The notes beneath the pieces are model-generated. The model was not told the DNA's origin. It ran no database searches and was given only the letters and a program-made list of their open reading frames with translations. 64,000 nt of DNA from Eledone cirrhosa. Lineage: Eukaryota. The translations under genes and the position numbers were made by a program. Positions 1 to 14,000 of the stretch are shown in pieces. The stretch spans positions 7,998,001 to 8,062,000 of the forward strand of contig OZ024740.1 of assembly GCA_964016885.1 (NCBI GenBank), in the 5' to 3' direction. How positions within the stretch are numbered: the stretch's first letter is position 1; each line of letters starts with the position of its first letter.

Positions 1-3000
1 CTCGATTTCTATGTCAGTTTCTATTGGTATATCAGTTTCGATTTTTATATCAATTTGAAGTTGTATATCAGTTTCGATTGGTATATCAGTTCCTATTGCA
101 ATATCAGTTTCTATTGGTGTGTCAGTTTCGATTGGTATGTAAGTTTCAATTGGTATATCAGTTTCTATTGGTATGTCAGTTTGTATTGGTATATCAGCTT
201 CGATTGGTATATAAGTTTTGATTAGTATATAAGTTTCTATTGGTATGTCAGTTTAGATTGGTGTGTCAGTTTTGATTGGTATGTCTGTTTAGATTGGTAT
301 ATCAGATTCGATTGGTATGACAGTTTCGATTGGTATGTCAGTTTCGATTAGTATATAAGTTTCTATTGGTATATCAGTTTCCATTGGTATATCAGTTTCG
401 AATCGCATGTCAATCTCGATTGGTATGTCAGTTTCGATTGGTATATCAGTTTCTATTGGTATGTCTGTTTCTATTGGTATGTTAGTTTCGATTGGTATGT
501 CAGCTTCGATTGGTATATCTGTTTCGATTGGTATATCAGTTTCTATTGGTATATCAGCTTCGATTGGTATGTCAGTTTCTATTGTTATATCAGTTTCTAC
601 TGGTATGTCAGTTTCGATAGGTATGTCAGTTTTTACTGGTATATCAGTTTCGATTGGTATGTCAGTTTCTATTGGTATGTCAGTTTCGATTATTATATCA
701 GTTACTATTGGTATGTTAGTTTCGATTGGTTTGTTAGTTACCATTGGTATATCAGTTTCGATTAGTATATCAGTTTCTATTGGTATGTCAGTTTCGATAG
801 GTATGTTAGTCCTCAATTTGTATGTCAGTTTCTATTGGCATATCAGTTTCGATGGGTATGTCAGTTTCTATTGGTATATCAGTTTCTATTGGTATGTCAG
901 TTTCTATTGGTATATCAGTTTCGATTGGTATGTCAGTTTCTATTGGTATATCAGTTTCGATTAATATATCAATTTCGATTAGTATGTCAGTTTCTAATGG
1001 TATGTCAGTTTTGATTAGTATATCAGTTCCTATTGGTAAGTCAGCTTCTATTAGTATGTCAGTTTCGATTGGTATGTCAGTTTCGATTGGTATATCAGTT
1101 TCTATTGGTATATCAGTTTCGATTGGTATGTCAGTTTCGATTAGTATATCAGTTTCTATTGGTATGTCAGTTTCTATTTGTATATCAGTTTGGATTGGTA
1201 TATCAGATTCGATTGGTATGACAGTTTCGATTGGTATGTCAGTTTCCATTAGTATATAAGTTTCTATTGGTATATCAGTTTCCATTGGTATATCAGTTTC
1301 GAATGGCATGTCAATCTCGATTGGTATGTCAGTTTCGATTGGTATATCAGTTTCTATTGGTATGTCAGATTCGATTGGAATGTCAGTTTCTATTGGTATA
1401 TCAGTTTCGATTGGTAGGTCTGTTTCTATTGGTATGTCAGTTTCGATTAGTATATCCGTTTCTATTGGTATGTCTGTTTCTATTGATATATCAGTTTAGA
1501 TTAGTATATCAGTTTCGACTGGGATTGCAGTTTCGAATGGTATGTCAGTTTCGACTGGTATATCAGTTTCGATTGGTATATCAGTTTAGATTGGTATGTC
1601 TGTTTCTATTGGTATATCAGTTTTGATTGGTATATCAGTTTCGATTGTTCTATCAGTTTCTATTAGTATGCCAGTTTCTATTGGAATATAAGTTTCTATT
1701 GGTATATCAGTTTCAATTTGTATGTCAGTTTCTTTTGGTATATCAGTTTCTATTGGTATGTCAGTTTCGATTGGTATGTCAGTTTCGATTGGTATGTTAG
1801 TCCTCGATTTCTATGTCAGTTTCTATTGGTATATCAGTTTCGATTTTTATATCAATTTGAATTTGTATATCAGTTTCGATTGGTATATCAGTTTCTATTG
1901 CAATATCAGTTTCTATTGGTGTGTCAGTTTCGATTGGTATGTAAGTTTGTATTGGTATATCAGCTTCGATTGGTATATAAGTTTTGATTAGTATATAAGT
2001 TTCTATTGGTATGTCAGTTTAGATTGGTGTGTCAGTTTTGATTGGTATGTCTGTTTAGATTGGTATATCAGATTCGATTGGTATGACAGTTTCGATTGGT
2101 ATGTCAGTTTCGATTAGTATATAAGTTTCTATTGGTATATCAGTTTCCATTGGTATATCAGTTTCGAATGGCATGTCAATCTCGATTGGTATGTCAGTTT
2201 CGATTGGTATATCAGTTTCTATTGGTATGTCTGTTTCTATTGGTATGTTAGTTTCGATTGGTATGTCAGCTTCGATTGGTATATCTGTTTCGATTGGTAT
2301 ATCAGTTTCTATTGGTATATCAGTTTCGATTGGTATGTCAGTTTCGATTAGTATATCAGTTTCTATTGGTATGTGAGTTTCTATTTGTATATCAGTTTGG
2401 ATTGGTATATCAGTTTTCATTGGTATGTCAGATTCGAATGGAATGTCAGTTTCTATTGGTATATCAGTTTCGATTGGTAGGTCAGTTTATATTGGTATGT
2501 CAGCTTCGATTAGTATATCCGTTTCGATTGGGATTGCAGTGTCGAATGGTATGTCAGTTTCGATTGGTATATCAGTTTCGATTAGTATGTCTGTTTCTAT
2601 TGGTATATCAGTTTAGATTGGTATGTCTGTTTCTATTGGTATATCAGTTTTGATTGGTATGTCTGTTTCTATTGGTATATCAGTTTCGATTGTTATATCA
2701 GTTTCTATTAGTATGTCAGTTTCAATTGGTATATCAGTTTCTATTGGTATATCAGTTTCAATTTGTATGTCAGTTTCGATTGGTATGTCAGTTTCTATTG
2801 GTATATCAGTTTCGATTTTTTTATCAATTTCAATTGGTATATCAGTTTCGATTGTTATATCAGTTTCTATTAGTATGTCAGTTTCTATTGGCATGTCAGT
2901 TTTGATTGGTATGTAAGTTTAAATTGGTATGTCAGTTTCTATTGGTATGTCAGTTTCTATTGGTATATCAGCTTCGATTGGTATATAAGTTTTGATTAGT

Positions 3001-4950
3001 ATATAAGTTTCTATTGGTATGTCAGTTTAGATTGGTATGTCAGTTTCGATTGGTATATCAGTTCCTATTGCTATATCAGTTTCTATTTGTATGTCAGTTT
3101 CGATTGGTATGTAACTTTCGATTGGTATATCAGTTTCGATTGTTATGTTAGTTTCGATTAGTATATGAGTTTCTTTTGGTATGTCAGTTTCTATTGGTAT
3201 GTCTGTTTCTATTGATATATCAGTTTAGATTAGTATATCAGTTTCGACTGGGATTGCAGTTTCGAATGGTATGTCAGTTTCGACTGGTATATCAGTTTAG
3301 ATTGGTATGTCTGTTTCTATTGGTATATCAGTTTTGATTGGTATATCAGTTTCGATTGTTATATCAGTTTCTATTAGTATGCCAGTTTCTATTGCAATAT
3401 AAGTTTCTATTGGTATATCAGTTTCAATTTGTATGTCAGTTTCTTTTGGTATATCAGTTTCTATTGGTATGTCAGTTTCGATTGGTATGTCAGTTTCGAT
3501 TGGTATGTTAGTCCTCGATTTCTATGTCAGTTTCTATTGGTATATCAGTTTCGATTTTTATATCAATTTGAAGTTGTATATCAGTTTCGATTGGTATATC
3601 AGTTCCTATTGCAATATCAGTTTCTATTGGTGTGTCAGTTTCGATTGGTATGTAAGTTTCAATTGGTATATCAGTTTCTATTGGTATGTCAGTTTGTATT
3701 GGTATATCAGCTTCGATTGGTATATAAGTTTTGATTAGTATATAAGTTTCTATTGGTATGTCAGTTTAGATTGGTGTGTCAGTTTTGATTGGTATGTCTG
3801 TTTAGATTGGTATATCAGATTCGATTGGTATGACAGTTTCGATTGGTATGTCAGTTTCGATTAGTATATAAGTTTCTATTGGTATATCAGTTTCCATTGG
3901 TATATCAGTTTCGAATCGCATGTCAATCTCGATTGGTATGTCAGTTTCGATTGGTATATCAGTTTCTATTGGTATGTCTGTTTCTATTGGTATGTTAGTT
4001 TCGATTGGTATGTCAGCTTCGATTGGTATATCTGTTTCGATTGGTATATCAGTTTCTATTGGTATATCAGTTTCGATTGGTATGTCAGTTTCGATTAGTA
4101 TATCAGTTTCTATTGGTATGTCAGTTTCTATTTGTATATCAGTTTGGATTGGTATATCAGTTTTCATTGGTATGTCAGATTCGAATGGAATGTCAGTTTC
4201 TATTGGTATATCAGTTTCGATTGGTAGGTCAGTTTATATTGGTATGTCAGTTTCGATTAGTATATCCGTTTCGATTGGGATTGCAGTTTCGAATGGTATG
4301 TCAGTTTCGATTGGTATATCAGTTTCGATTGGTATGTCTGTTTCTATTGGTATATCAGTTTTGATTGGTATGTCTGTTTCTATTGGTATATCAGTTTCGA
4401 TTGTTATATCAGTTTCTATTAGTATGTCAGTTTCAATTGGTATATCAGTTTCTATTGGTATATCAGTTTCAATTTGTATGTCAGTTTCGATTGGTATGTC
4501 AGTTTCTATTGGTATATCAGTTTCGATTTTTTTATCAATTTCAATTTGTATATCAGTTTCGATTGGTATATCAGTTCCTATTGCTATATCAGTTTCTATT
4601 GCCATGTCAGTTTTGATTGGTATGTAAGTTTAAATTGGTATGTCAGTTTCTATTGGTATGTCAGTTTCTATTGGTATATCAGCTTCGATTGGTATATAAG
4701 TTTTGATTAGTATATAAGTTTCTATTGGTATGTCAGTTTAGATTGGTATGTCAGTTTCGATTGGTATATCTGTTCCTATTGCTATATCAGTTTCTATTTG
4801 TATGTCAGTTTCGATTGGTATGTAAGTTTCGATTGGTATATCAGATTCGATTATTATGTTAGTTTCGATTAGTATATGAGTTTCTTTTGGTATGTCAGTT
4901 TCTATTGGTATATCAGCTTCTATTGGTATATCAGTTTCGATTAATATATC
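1..4950 (+). repeat. Higher-order repeat domain, about 1.75-kb unit, about 3 diverged copies
   Basis: Homologous ORF ends at 289, 2055 and 3802 give offsets of 1766 (98x18+2) and 1747 (97x18+1), which match the number of intervening 19-bp monomers. Shared rare variants: CCTCGATTTCT, CAATTTGAA, GGTGTGTCAG, GGGATTGCAG. Confidence 0.85.
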
Positions 4951-5007
4951 AGTTTCTATTGGTATGTCAGTTTCGATTAGTATATCAGTATTTATTGGTA
5001 TGTCAGT

Positions 5008-8000
5008 TTAGATGGGTATGTCCGTTTCGATTGGTATGTCAGTTTTTATTGGTATATCAGTTTTGATTGGTATATCAGTTTCGATTGGTATGTCAGTTTC
5101 GATTGGTATATCAGTTTCGATTGGTATGTCATTTTCGATTGGTATGTCATTTTCGATTGGTATGTCAGTTTGGATTGGTATGTCATTTTCGATTGGTATG
5201 TCAGTTTCGATTGGTATATCAGTTTCTATTGGTATGACAGTTTCGATTGGTATATCAGTTTGGATTGGTATGTCAGTTTGGATTGGTATGTCATTTTCGA
5301 TTGGTATGTCAGTTTTGATTGGTATATCAGTTTCGATTGGTATGTCAATTTCGATTGTTATGTCAGTTTCGATTGGTATGTCAGTTTCTATTGGTAGATC
5401 AGTTTCAATTGGTATGATAGTTACTATTGGTATTTCAGTTTCGAATAGTATATCAGTTTCTATTGTTATGTTAGTTTCGATTAGTATATCAGTTTCGATT
5501 GGTATGTCAGTTTGGATTGGTATGTCAGTTTCCATTGGTAGGTCACTTTTGATTGGTATATCGGTTTCGATTGTTATATCAGTTTCGATTGGTATGTCTG
5601 TTTCGATTGGTATGTCAGTTTCTATTGGTATATCAGTTTCTATGGTATGTCAGTTTCGATAGGTATGTCAGTTTCTATTGGTATATCAGTTTCGATTGGT
5701 ATATCAGTTACTATTGGTATGTCAGTTTCGATTGTTATGTCAGTTTCGATTGCTATGTCAGTTTGGATTGGTATGTCAGTTTCGATTGGTATATCAGTTT
5801 CTATTGGTATGACAGTTTCGATTGGTATCAGTTTCGATTGGTATGTCAGTTTCGATTGGTATGTCAGTTTCGATTGGTATGTCAGTTTGTTTTGGTATGT
5901 CAGTTTCGATTGGTATCTCAGTTTGGATTGGTATGTCAGTTTCGATTGGTATGTCAGTTTCGATTGGTATGTCAGTTTCGACTGGTATATCAGTTTCTAT
6001 TGGTATATCTGTTTCATTGGTATGTCAGTTTCTATTGGTATATCAGTTTCTATTGGTATGTTATTTTCGATTGGTATGTCAGTTTCAATTGGTATGTTAG
6101 TTACTATTGGTATTTCAGTTTCGATTAGTATATCAGTGTCTATTGGAATGTCAGTTTCGATTAGTATATCAGTTTCTATTGGTATGTCAGTTTAGATGGG
6201 TATGTCAGTTTCGATTGTTATGTCAGTTTCGATTGGTATGTCAGTTTCTATTGGTAGATCAGTTTCAATTGGTATGTTAGTTACTATTGGTATTTCAGTT
6301 TCGATTAGTATATCAGTTTCTATTGTTATGTTAGTTTCGATTAGTATATCAGTTTCTATTGGTATGTCAGTTTCGATTGGTATGTCAGTTTCGATTGGTA
6401 TATCAGTTTTGATTGGTATATCAGTTTCGATTGGTATATCAGTTTCTATAGGTATATCAGTTGCTATTAGTATATCAGTTTCGATTAGTTTGTCAGTTTC
6501 GATTGGTATGTCAGTTTCGATTGGTATATCAGTTGCGATAGGTATATCAGTTTCGATTGGTATGTCAGTTTTGATTGGTATATCATTTTCTATTGGTATG
6601 TCAGTTTCTATTGGTATATCAGTTTCTATTGGTATGTCAGTTTCGATTGGTATGTCAGTTTCGATTCGAATGTCAATTTCTATTGGTATATCAGTTTCGA
6701 CTGGTATGTCAGTTTCTATTGGTAAGTCAGCTTCGATTGGTATATCAGTTTCTATTGGTATGTCAGTTTCGATAGGTATGTTAGTCTTCGATTCGTATGT
6801 CAGTTTCTATTGGTATATCAGTTTCGATGGGTATGTCAGTTTCGATTCGTATGTCAATTTCTATTGGCATATCACTTTCGAATGGTATATCAGTTTCAAT
6901 TGGTATGTTAGTTTCTATTGGTAAGTCAGCTTCGATTTGTATGGCAGTTTCGATTGGTATGTCAGTTTCGATTGGTATGTCAGTTTCGATTGGTATATCA
7001 GTTTCGATTGGTAGGTCAGTTTCTATTGGTATGTCAGTTTCAATTATTATATCATTTTCTATTGGTATGTCTGTTTCTATTGGTATATCAATTTTGATTG
7101 GTATATCAGTTTCGATTGGTATGTTAGTTTCGATTGGTATGTCAGTTTCAATTGGTATATCAGTTTCGATTTGTATATCAGTTTAGATTGGTATGTATGT
7201 TTCGATTGGTATGTCAGTTTCGATTGGTATATCAGTTTCGAATGATATGACAATCTCGATTGGTAGGTCAGTTTCGATTGGTATATCAGTTTCTATTTGT
7301 TTGTCAGTTTCTATTGGTATATCAGTACCCATTGGTATATCAGTTTCGATTGGTATATCAGTATCAATTTGTATGTCAGTTACTATTGGTATATCAGTAC
7401 CTATTGGTATGTCAGTTTCGATTGGTATGTCAGTTTCTATTGGTATGTTAGTCCTCAATTTGTATCTCAGTTTCGATTGGTATATCAGTTTCGATTGGTA
7501 TATCAGTTCCTATTGCTATATCAGTTTCTATTTGTATGTCAGTTTCGATTGGTATGTAAGTTTCGATTGGTATATCAGTTTCCATTGTTATGTAAGTTTC
7601 GATTAGTATATGAGTTTCTATTGGTATGTCAGTTTCTATTGGTATATCAGCTTCTATTGGTATGTCAGTTTCGATTAGTATATCAGTATTTATTGGTATG
7701 TAAGTTTAGATGGGTATGTCAGTTTCGATTGGTATGTCAGTTTTGATTGGTATATCGGTTTCGATTGGTATATCAGTTTTGATTGGTATGTCAGTTTTTA
7801 TTGGTATATCAGTTTCGATTGGTATATCAGTTTCGATTGGTATGTCAGTTTCGGTTGGTATATCAGTTTCGATTGGTATGTCATTTTCGATTGGTATATC
7901 AGTTTCGATTGGTATATCAGTTTCTATTGGTATATCAGATTCTATTGGTATGTCAGTTTCGATAGGTATGTCAGTTTCGATTGTTATGTCAGTTTCGATT

Positions 8001-11000
8001 GGTATGTCAGATTGGATTGGTATGTCATTTTCGATTGGTATGTCAATTTCGATTGGTATAATCAGTTTCTATAGGTATGACAGTTTCGATTGGTATATCA
8101 GTTTCGATTGGTATGTCAGTTTGGATTGGTATGTCAGTTTCGATTGGTATGTCAGTTTTGATTGGTATGTCAGTTTGGATTAGTATATCAGTTTCCATTG
8201 GTATGTCAATTTCGATTGGTATATCAGTTTTGATTAGTATGTCAGTTTCTATTGGTATATCAGTTTCGATTGGTATATCAGTTTCGATTGGTATGTCAGT
8301 TTTGATTAGTATATCACTTTCTATTGGTATGTCAGTATCGATTGGTATGTCAGATTCTATTGGAATATCAGTTTTGATTGATATACCAGTTTCGATTGGT
8401 ATATCAGTTTCGATTGGTATATCAGTTTATATTGATATATCAGTTGCTATTAGTATATCAGTTTCGATTAGTATGTCACTTTCGATTGATATGTCAGTTT
8501 CGATTGGTATATCAGTTTCGATAGGTCTATCAGTTTCGATTGGTATGTCAGTTTCGATTGGCATGTCAGTTTCTATTTGTATATCAGTTTCAATTGATAT
8601 ATCAGTTTCGATTAGTATGTCAGTTTCTAATGGTATATCAGTTTCGATTAGTATATCAGTTTCTATTGGTATGTCAGTTTCGATTGGTATATCAGTTTCG
8701 ATTGTTATATCAGTTTCGATTGGTATGTCAGTTTCGATTAGCATGTCAGTTTCTATTTGTATATCAGTTTCAATTGATATATCAGTTTCGATTAGTATGT
8801 CAGTTTCTATTGGTATATCAGTTTCTATTGGTATGTCATTTTCGATTGGTATGTCAGTTTCAATTGGTATGTTAGTTACTATTGGTATTTCAGTTTCGAT
8901 TAGTATATCAGTTTCTATTGGTATGTCAGTTTCGATTAGTATATCAGTTTCTCTTGGTATGTCAGTTTAGATCGGTATGTCAGTTTCGATTGGTATGTCA
9001 GTTTTGATTGGTATATCGGTTTCGATTGGTATATCAGTTTCGATTGGTATGTCAGTTTCGATTGGTATGTCAGTTCATATTGGTATATCAGTTTCTATTG
9101 GTATGTCAGTTTCGATAGGTATGTCAGTTTCTATTGGTATATCAGTTTCGATTGGTATATCAGTTACTATTGGTATGTCAGTTTCGATTGTTATGTCAGT
9201 TTCGATTGGTCTGTCAGTTTGGATTGGTACGTCATTTTCGATTGGTATGTCAGTTTCGATTGGTATATCAGTTTCTATTGGTATGACAGTTTCGATTGGT
9301 ATATCAGTTTCGATTGGTATGTCAGTTTGGATTGGTATGTCAGTTTGGATTGGTATGTCAGTTTGGATTGGTATGTCAGTTTGGATTGGTATGTCAGATT
9401 CTATTGGTATATCAGTTTCGGTTGGTATACCAGTTTCGATTGGTATGTCAGTTTCGATTGGTATATCAGTTTCGATAGGTATATCAGTTTCGATTGGTAT
9501 GTCAGTTTCGATTGGTATATCAGTTTCGATTGGTATGTCAGTTTCGATTAGTATATCACTTTCTATTGGCATGTCAGTTTCTATTGGTATATCTGTTTTG
9601 ATTGGTATGTCAGTTTCTATTGGTATATCAGTTTCTATTGGTATGTCATTTTCGATTGGTATGTCAGTTTCAATTGGTATGTTAGTTACTATTGGTATTT
9701 CAGTTTCGATTAGTATATCAGTGTCTATTGGTATGTCAGTTTCGATTAGTATATCAGTTTCTATTGGTATGTCACTTTAGATGGGTATGTCAGTTTCGAT
9801 TGGTAGGTCACTTTTGATTGGTATATCGGTTTCGATTGGTATATCAGTTTCGATTGGTATGTCTGTTTTGATTGGTATGTCAGTTTCTATTGGTATATCA
9901 GTTTCTATGGTATTTCAGTTTCGATAGGTATGTCAGTTTCTATTGGTATATCAGTTTCGATTGGTATATCAGTTACTATTGGTATGTCAGTTTCGATTGT
10001 TATGTCAGTTTCGATTGGTATGTCAGTTTCTATTGGTACATCAGTTTCTATTGGTATGTCAGTTTCGATAGGTATGTCAGTTTCTACTGGTATATCAGTT
10101 TCGATTGGTATATCAGTTACTATTTGTATGTCAGTTTCGATTGTTATGTCAGTTTCGATTGGTATGTCAGTCTGGATTGGTATGTCAGTTTCGATTGGTA
10201 TATCAGTTTCTATTGGTATGACAGTTTCGATTGGTATCAGTTTCGATTGGTATGTCAGTTTGGATTGGTATGTCAGTTTCGATTGGTATGTCAGTTTGTT
10301 TTGGTATGTCAGTTTCGATTGGTCTCTCAGTTTGGATTGGTATGTCAGTTTCGATTGGTATGTCAGTTTCGATTGGTATGTCAGTTTCGATTGGTAAGTC
10401 AATTTCGATTGGTATATCAGTTCTGATTAGTATGTCAGTTTCTATTGGTATATCAGTTTCGATTGGTATATCAGTTTCGATTGTAATGTCAGTTTCGATT
10501 GGTATATCATTTTCGATTGGTATGACAGTTTCGATTAGTATATCAGTTTCTATTGGTATGTCAGTTTCGATTGATATGTCAGTTTCGATTGGTATGTCAG
10601 TTTCGATTGGTATATCAGTTTTGATTGGTATATCAGTTTCGATTGGTTATATTAGTTTCTATAGGTATATCAGTTGCTATTAGTATATCAGTTTCGATTA
10701 GTTTGTCAGTTTCGACTGGTATGTCAGTTTCGATTGGTGTAACAGTTTCTGTTGGATTGTCAGTTTCGATTGGTATATCAGTTTCTATTGGTATATCAGT
10801 TTCGATTGGTATGTCAGTTTCTATTGGCATGTCAGTTTCGATTATTATATCAGTTACTATTGGTATGTCAGTTTCGATTGGTATGTCAGATTCTATTGGT
10901 GTACCAGTTTCGATTGATATATCAGTTTCGATTAGTATGTCAGTTTCTAATTGTATGTCAGTTTCGATTAGTATATCTGTTTCTATTGGTATGTCAGTTT

Positions 11001-14000
11001 CGATTGGTATATCAGTTTCGCTTGGTATATCAGTTTCTATTGGTATATCTGTTTTGATTGGTATGTCAGTTTCTATTGGCATGTCAGTTTCGATTATTAT
11101 ATCAGTTACTATTGGTATGTCAGTTTCGATAAAAATGTCAGATTCTATTGGTATACCAGTTTCGATTGATATATCAGTTTCGATTAGTATGTCAGTTTGT
11201 AATGGTATATCAGTTTCTATTGGTATGTCATTTTCGATTGGTATGTCAGTTTCAATTGGTATGTTAGTTACTATTGGTATTTCAGTTTCGATTAGTATAT
11301 CAGTTTCTATTGGTATGTCAGTTTTGATTAGTATATCAGTTTCTATTGGTATGTCAGTTTAGATGGGTATGTCAGTTTCGATTGGTATGTCAGTTTTGAT
11401 TGGTATATCGGTTTCGATTGGTATATCAGTTTCGATTGGTATGTCAGTTTCGATTGGTATGTCAGTTTCTATTGGTATATCAGTTTCTATTGGTATGTCA
11501 GTTTCGATAGGTATGTCAGTTTCTATTGGTATATCAGTTTCGATTGGTATATCAGTTACTATTGTTATGTCAGTTTCGATTGTTATGTCAGTTTCGATTG
11601 GTATGTCAGTTTCTATTGGTATATCAGTTTCTATTGGTATGTCAGTTTCGATAGGTATGTCAGTTTCTATTGGTATATCAGTTTCGATTGGTATATCAGT
11701 TACTATTGGTATGTCAGTTTCGATTGTTATGTCAGTTTCGATTGGTATGTCAGTTTGGATTGGTATATCGGTTTCGATTGGTATATCAGTTTCGATTGGT
11801 ATGTCAGTTTCGATTGGTAAGTCAGTTTCGATTGGTATATCAGTTTCTAATGGTATGACAGTTTCGATTGGTATATCAGTTTCGATTGGTATGTCAGTTT
11901 GGATTGGTATGTCAGTTTCGATTGGTATCTCAGCTTGGATTGGTATGTCAGTTTCGATTGGTATGTCAGTATCAATTGGTATGTCAGTTTCGATTGGTAA
12001 GTCAATTTCGATTGGTATATCAGTTTTGATTAGTATGTCAGTTTCTATTGGTATATCAGTTTTGATTGGTATATCAGTTTCGATTGTAATGTCAGTTTCG
12101 TTTGGTACGTAAGTTTCGAATGGTATATCAGTTTTGATTGGTATATCAGTTACGATTGGTATGTCAGTTTCTATTGGTATGTCAGTTTCGATTATTATAT
12201 CAGTTACTATTGGTATGTCAGTTTCTATAGGTATATCAGTTGATATTAGTATATCAGTTTCGATTAGTTTGTCAGTTTCGATTGGTATGTCAGTTTCGAC
12301 TGGTATATCAGTTTCGATTGGTATGTCAGTTTCTATTGGTATGTCAGTTTCGATTATTATATCAGTTACTATTGGTATGTCAGTTTCGATTGGAATGTCA
12401 GTTTCGATACGTATGTCAGTTTCTATCGGTATATCAGTTTCGATTGGTATATCTGTTTTTATTGGTATGTCAGTTTCTATTGGTAGATCAGTTTCAATTG
12501 ATATGTTAGTTACTATTGATATTTACGTTTCGATTAGTATATCAGTTTCTATCTGTATGTCAGTTTCGATAGGTATGTTAGTCCTCCATTTGTATGTCAG
12601 TTTCTATTGGTATATCAGTTTCGATGGGTATGTCAGTATCGATTGGTATGTCAGTTTCCATTGGCATATCAGTTTCGAATTGTATGTCTGTTTCGATTAG
12701 TATATCAGTTTCTATAGGTATATCAGTTTCAATTGTTATGTCAGTTTCTATTGGTATATCAGTTTCTATTTGTATGTCGGTTTCTATTGGTATATCAGTT
12801 TCAATTGGTATGTTAGTTTCTATTGGTAAGTCAGATTCGATTAGTATATCAGTTTCTATCGGTATGTCAGTTTCGACTGGTATGTCAGTTTCGATTGGTA
12901 TATCAGTTTCGATTGGTAGGTCAGTTTCTATTGGTATGTCAGTTTCGATTAGTATATCATTTTCTATTGGTATGTCTGTTTCTATTGGTATATCAATTTT
13001 GATTGGTATATCAGTTTCGATTGGTATGTCAGTTTCAATTGGTATATCAGTTTCGATTTGTATATCAGTTTAGATTGGTATGTAAGTTTTGATTGGTATA
13101 TCAGTTTCGATTGGTATATCAGTTTCGATTGGTATGTCAGTTTCTATTCATACATGAGTTTTGATTGGTATATCAGTTTCAAATGGTATATCAGTTTCTA
13201 TTGGTATGACAGTTTCGATTGGTATATCAGTTTCAATTCGTATGTCAGTCTGGTTGTTATGTCAGTTTGGATTGGTATGTCAGTTTCTATTGGTATGTCA
13301 GTTTCGATTGGTATATCAGTTTCGATTGGTATACCAGTTTCGATTGGTATATCAGTTTCGATTGGTATATCAGTTTATATTGATATATCAGTTGCTATTA
13401 GTAGATCAGTTTCGATTAGTATGTAACTTTCGATTGGTATGTCAGTTTCGATTGGTATATCAGTTTCGATAGGTATATCAGTTTCGATTGGTGTGTCAGT
13501 TTCGATTGGCATGTCAGTTTCTATTTGTATATCAGTTTCGATTGATATATCAGTTTCGATTAGTATGTCAGTTTCTAATGGTATGTCAGTTTCGATAAGT
13601 ATATCAGTTTCTATTGGTATGTCAGTTTCGATTGGTATATCAGTTTCGATTGGTATATCAGTTTCGATTGTTATATCAGTTTCGATTGGTATGTCAGTTT
13701 CTATTGGTATATTAGTTTCTATTGGTATGTCATTTTCGATTGGTATGTCAGTTTCGATTGGTATATCAGTTTCTATTGGAATATCTGTTTTGATTGGTAT
13801 GTCAGTTTCTATTGGTATATCAGTTTCTAATGGTATGTCATATTCGATTGGTATGTCAGTTTCAATTGGTATGTTAGTTACTATTGGTATTTCAGTTTCG
13901 ATTAGTGTATCAGTCTCTATTGGTATGTCAGTTTCGATTAGTATATCAGTTTCTATTGGTATGTCAGTTTAGATGGTTATGTCAGTTTCGATTCGTATAT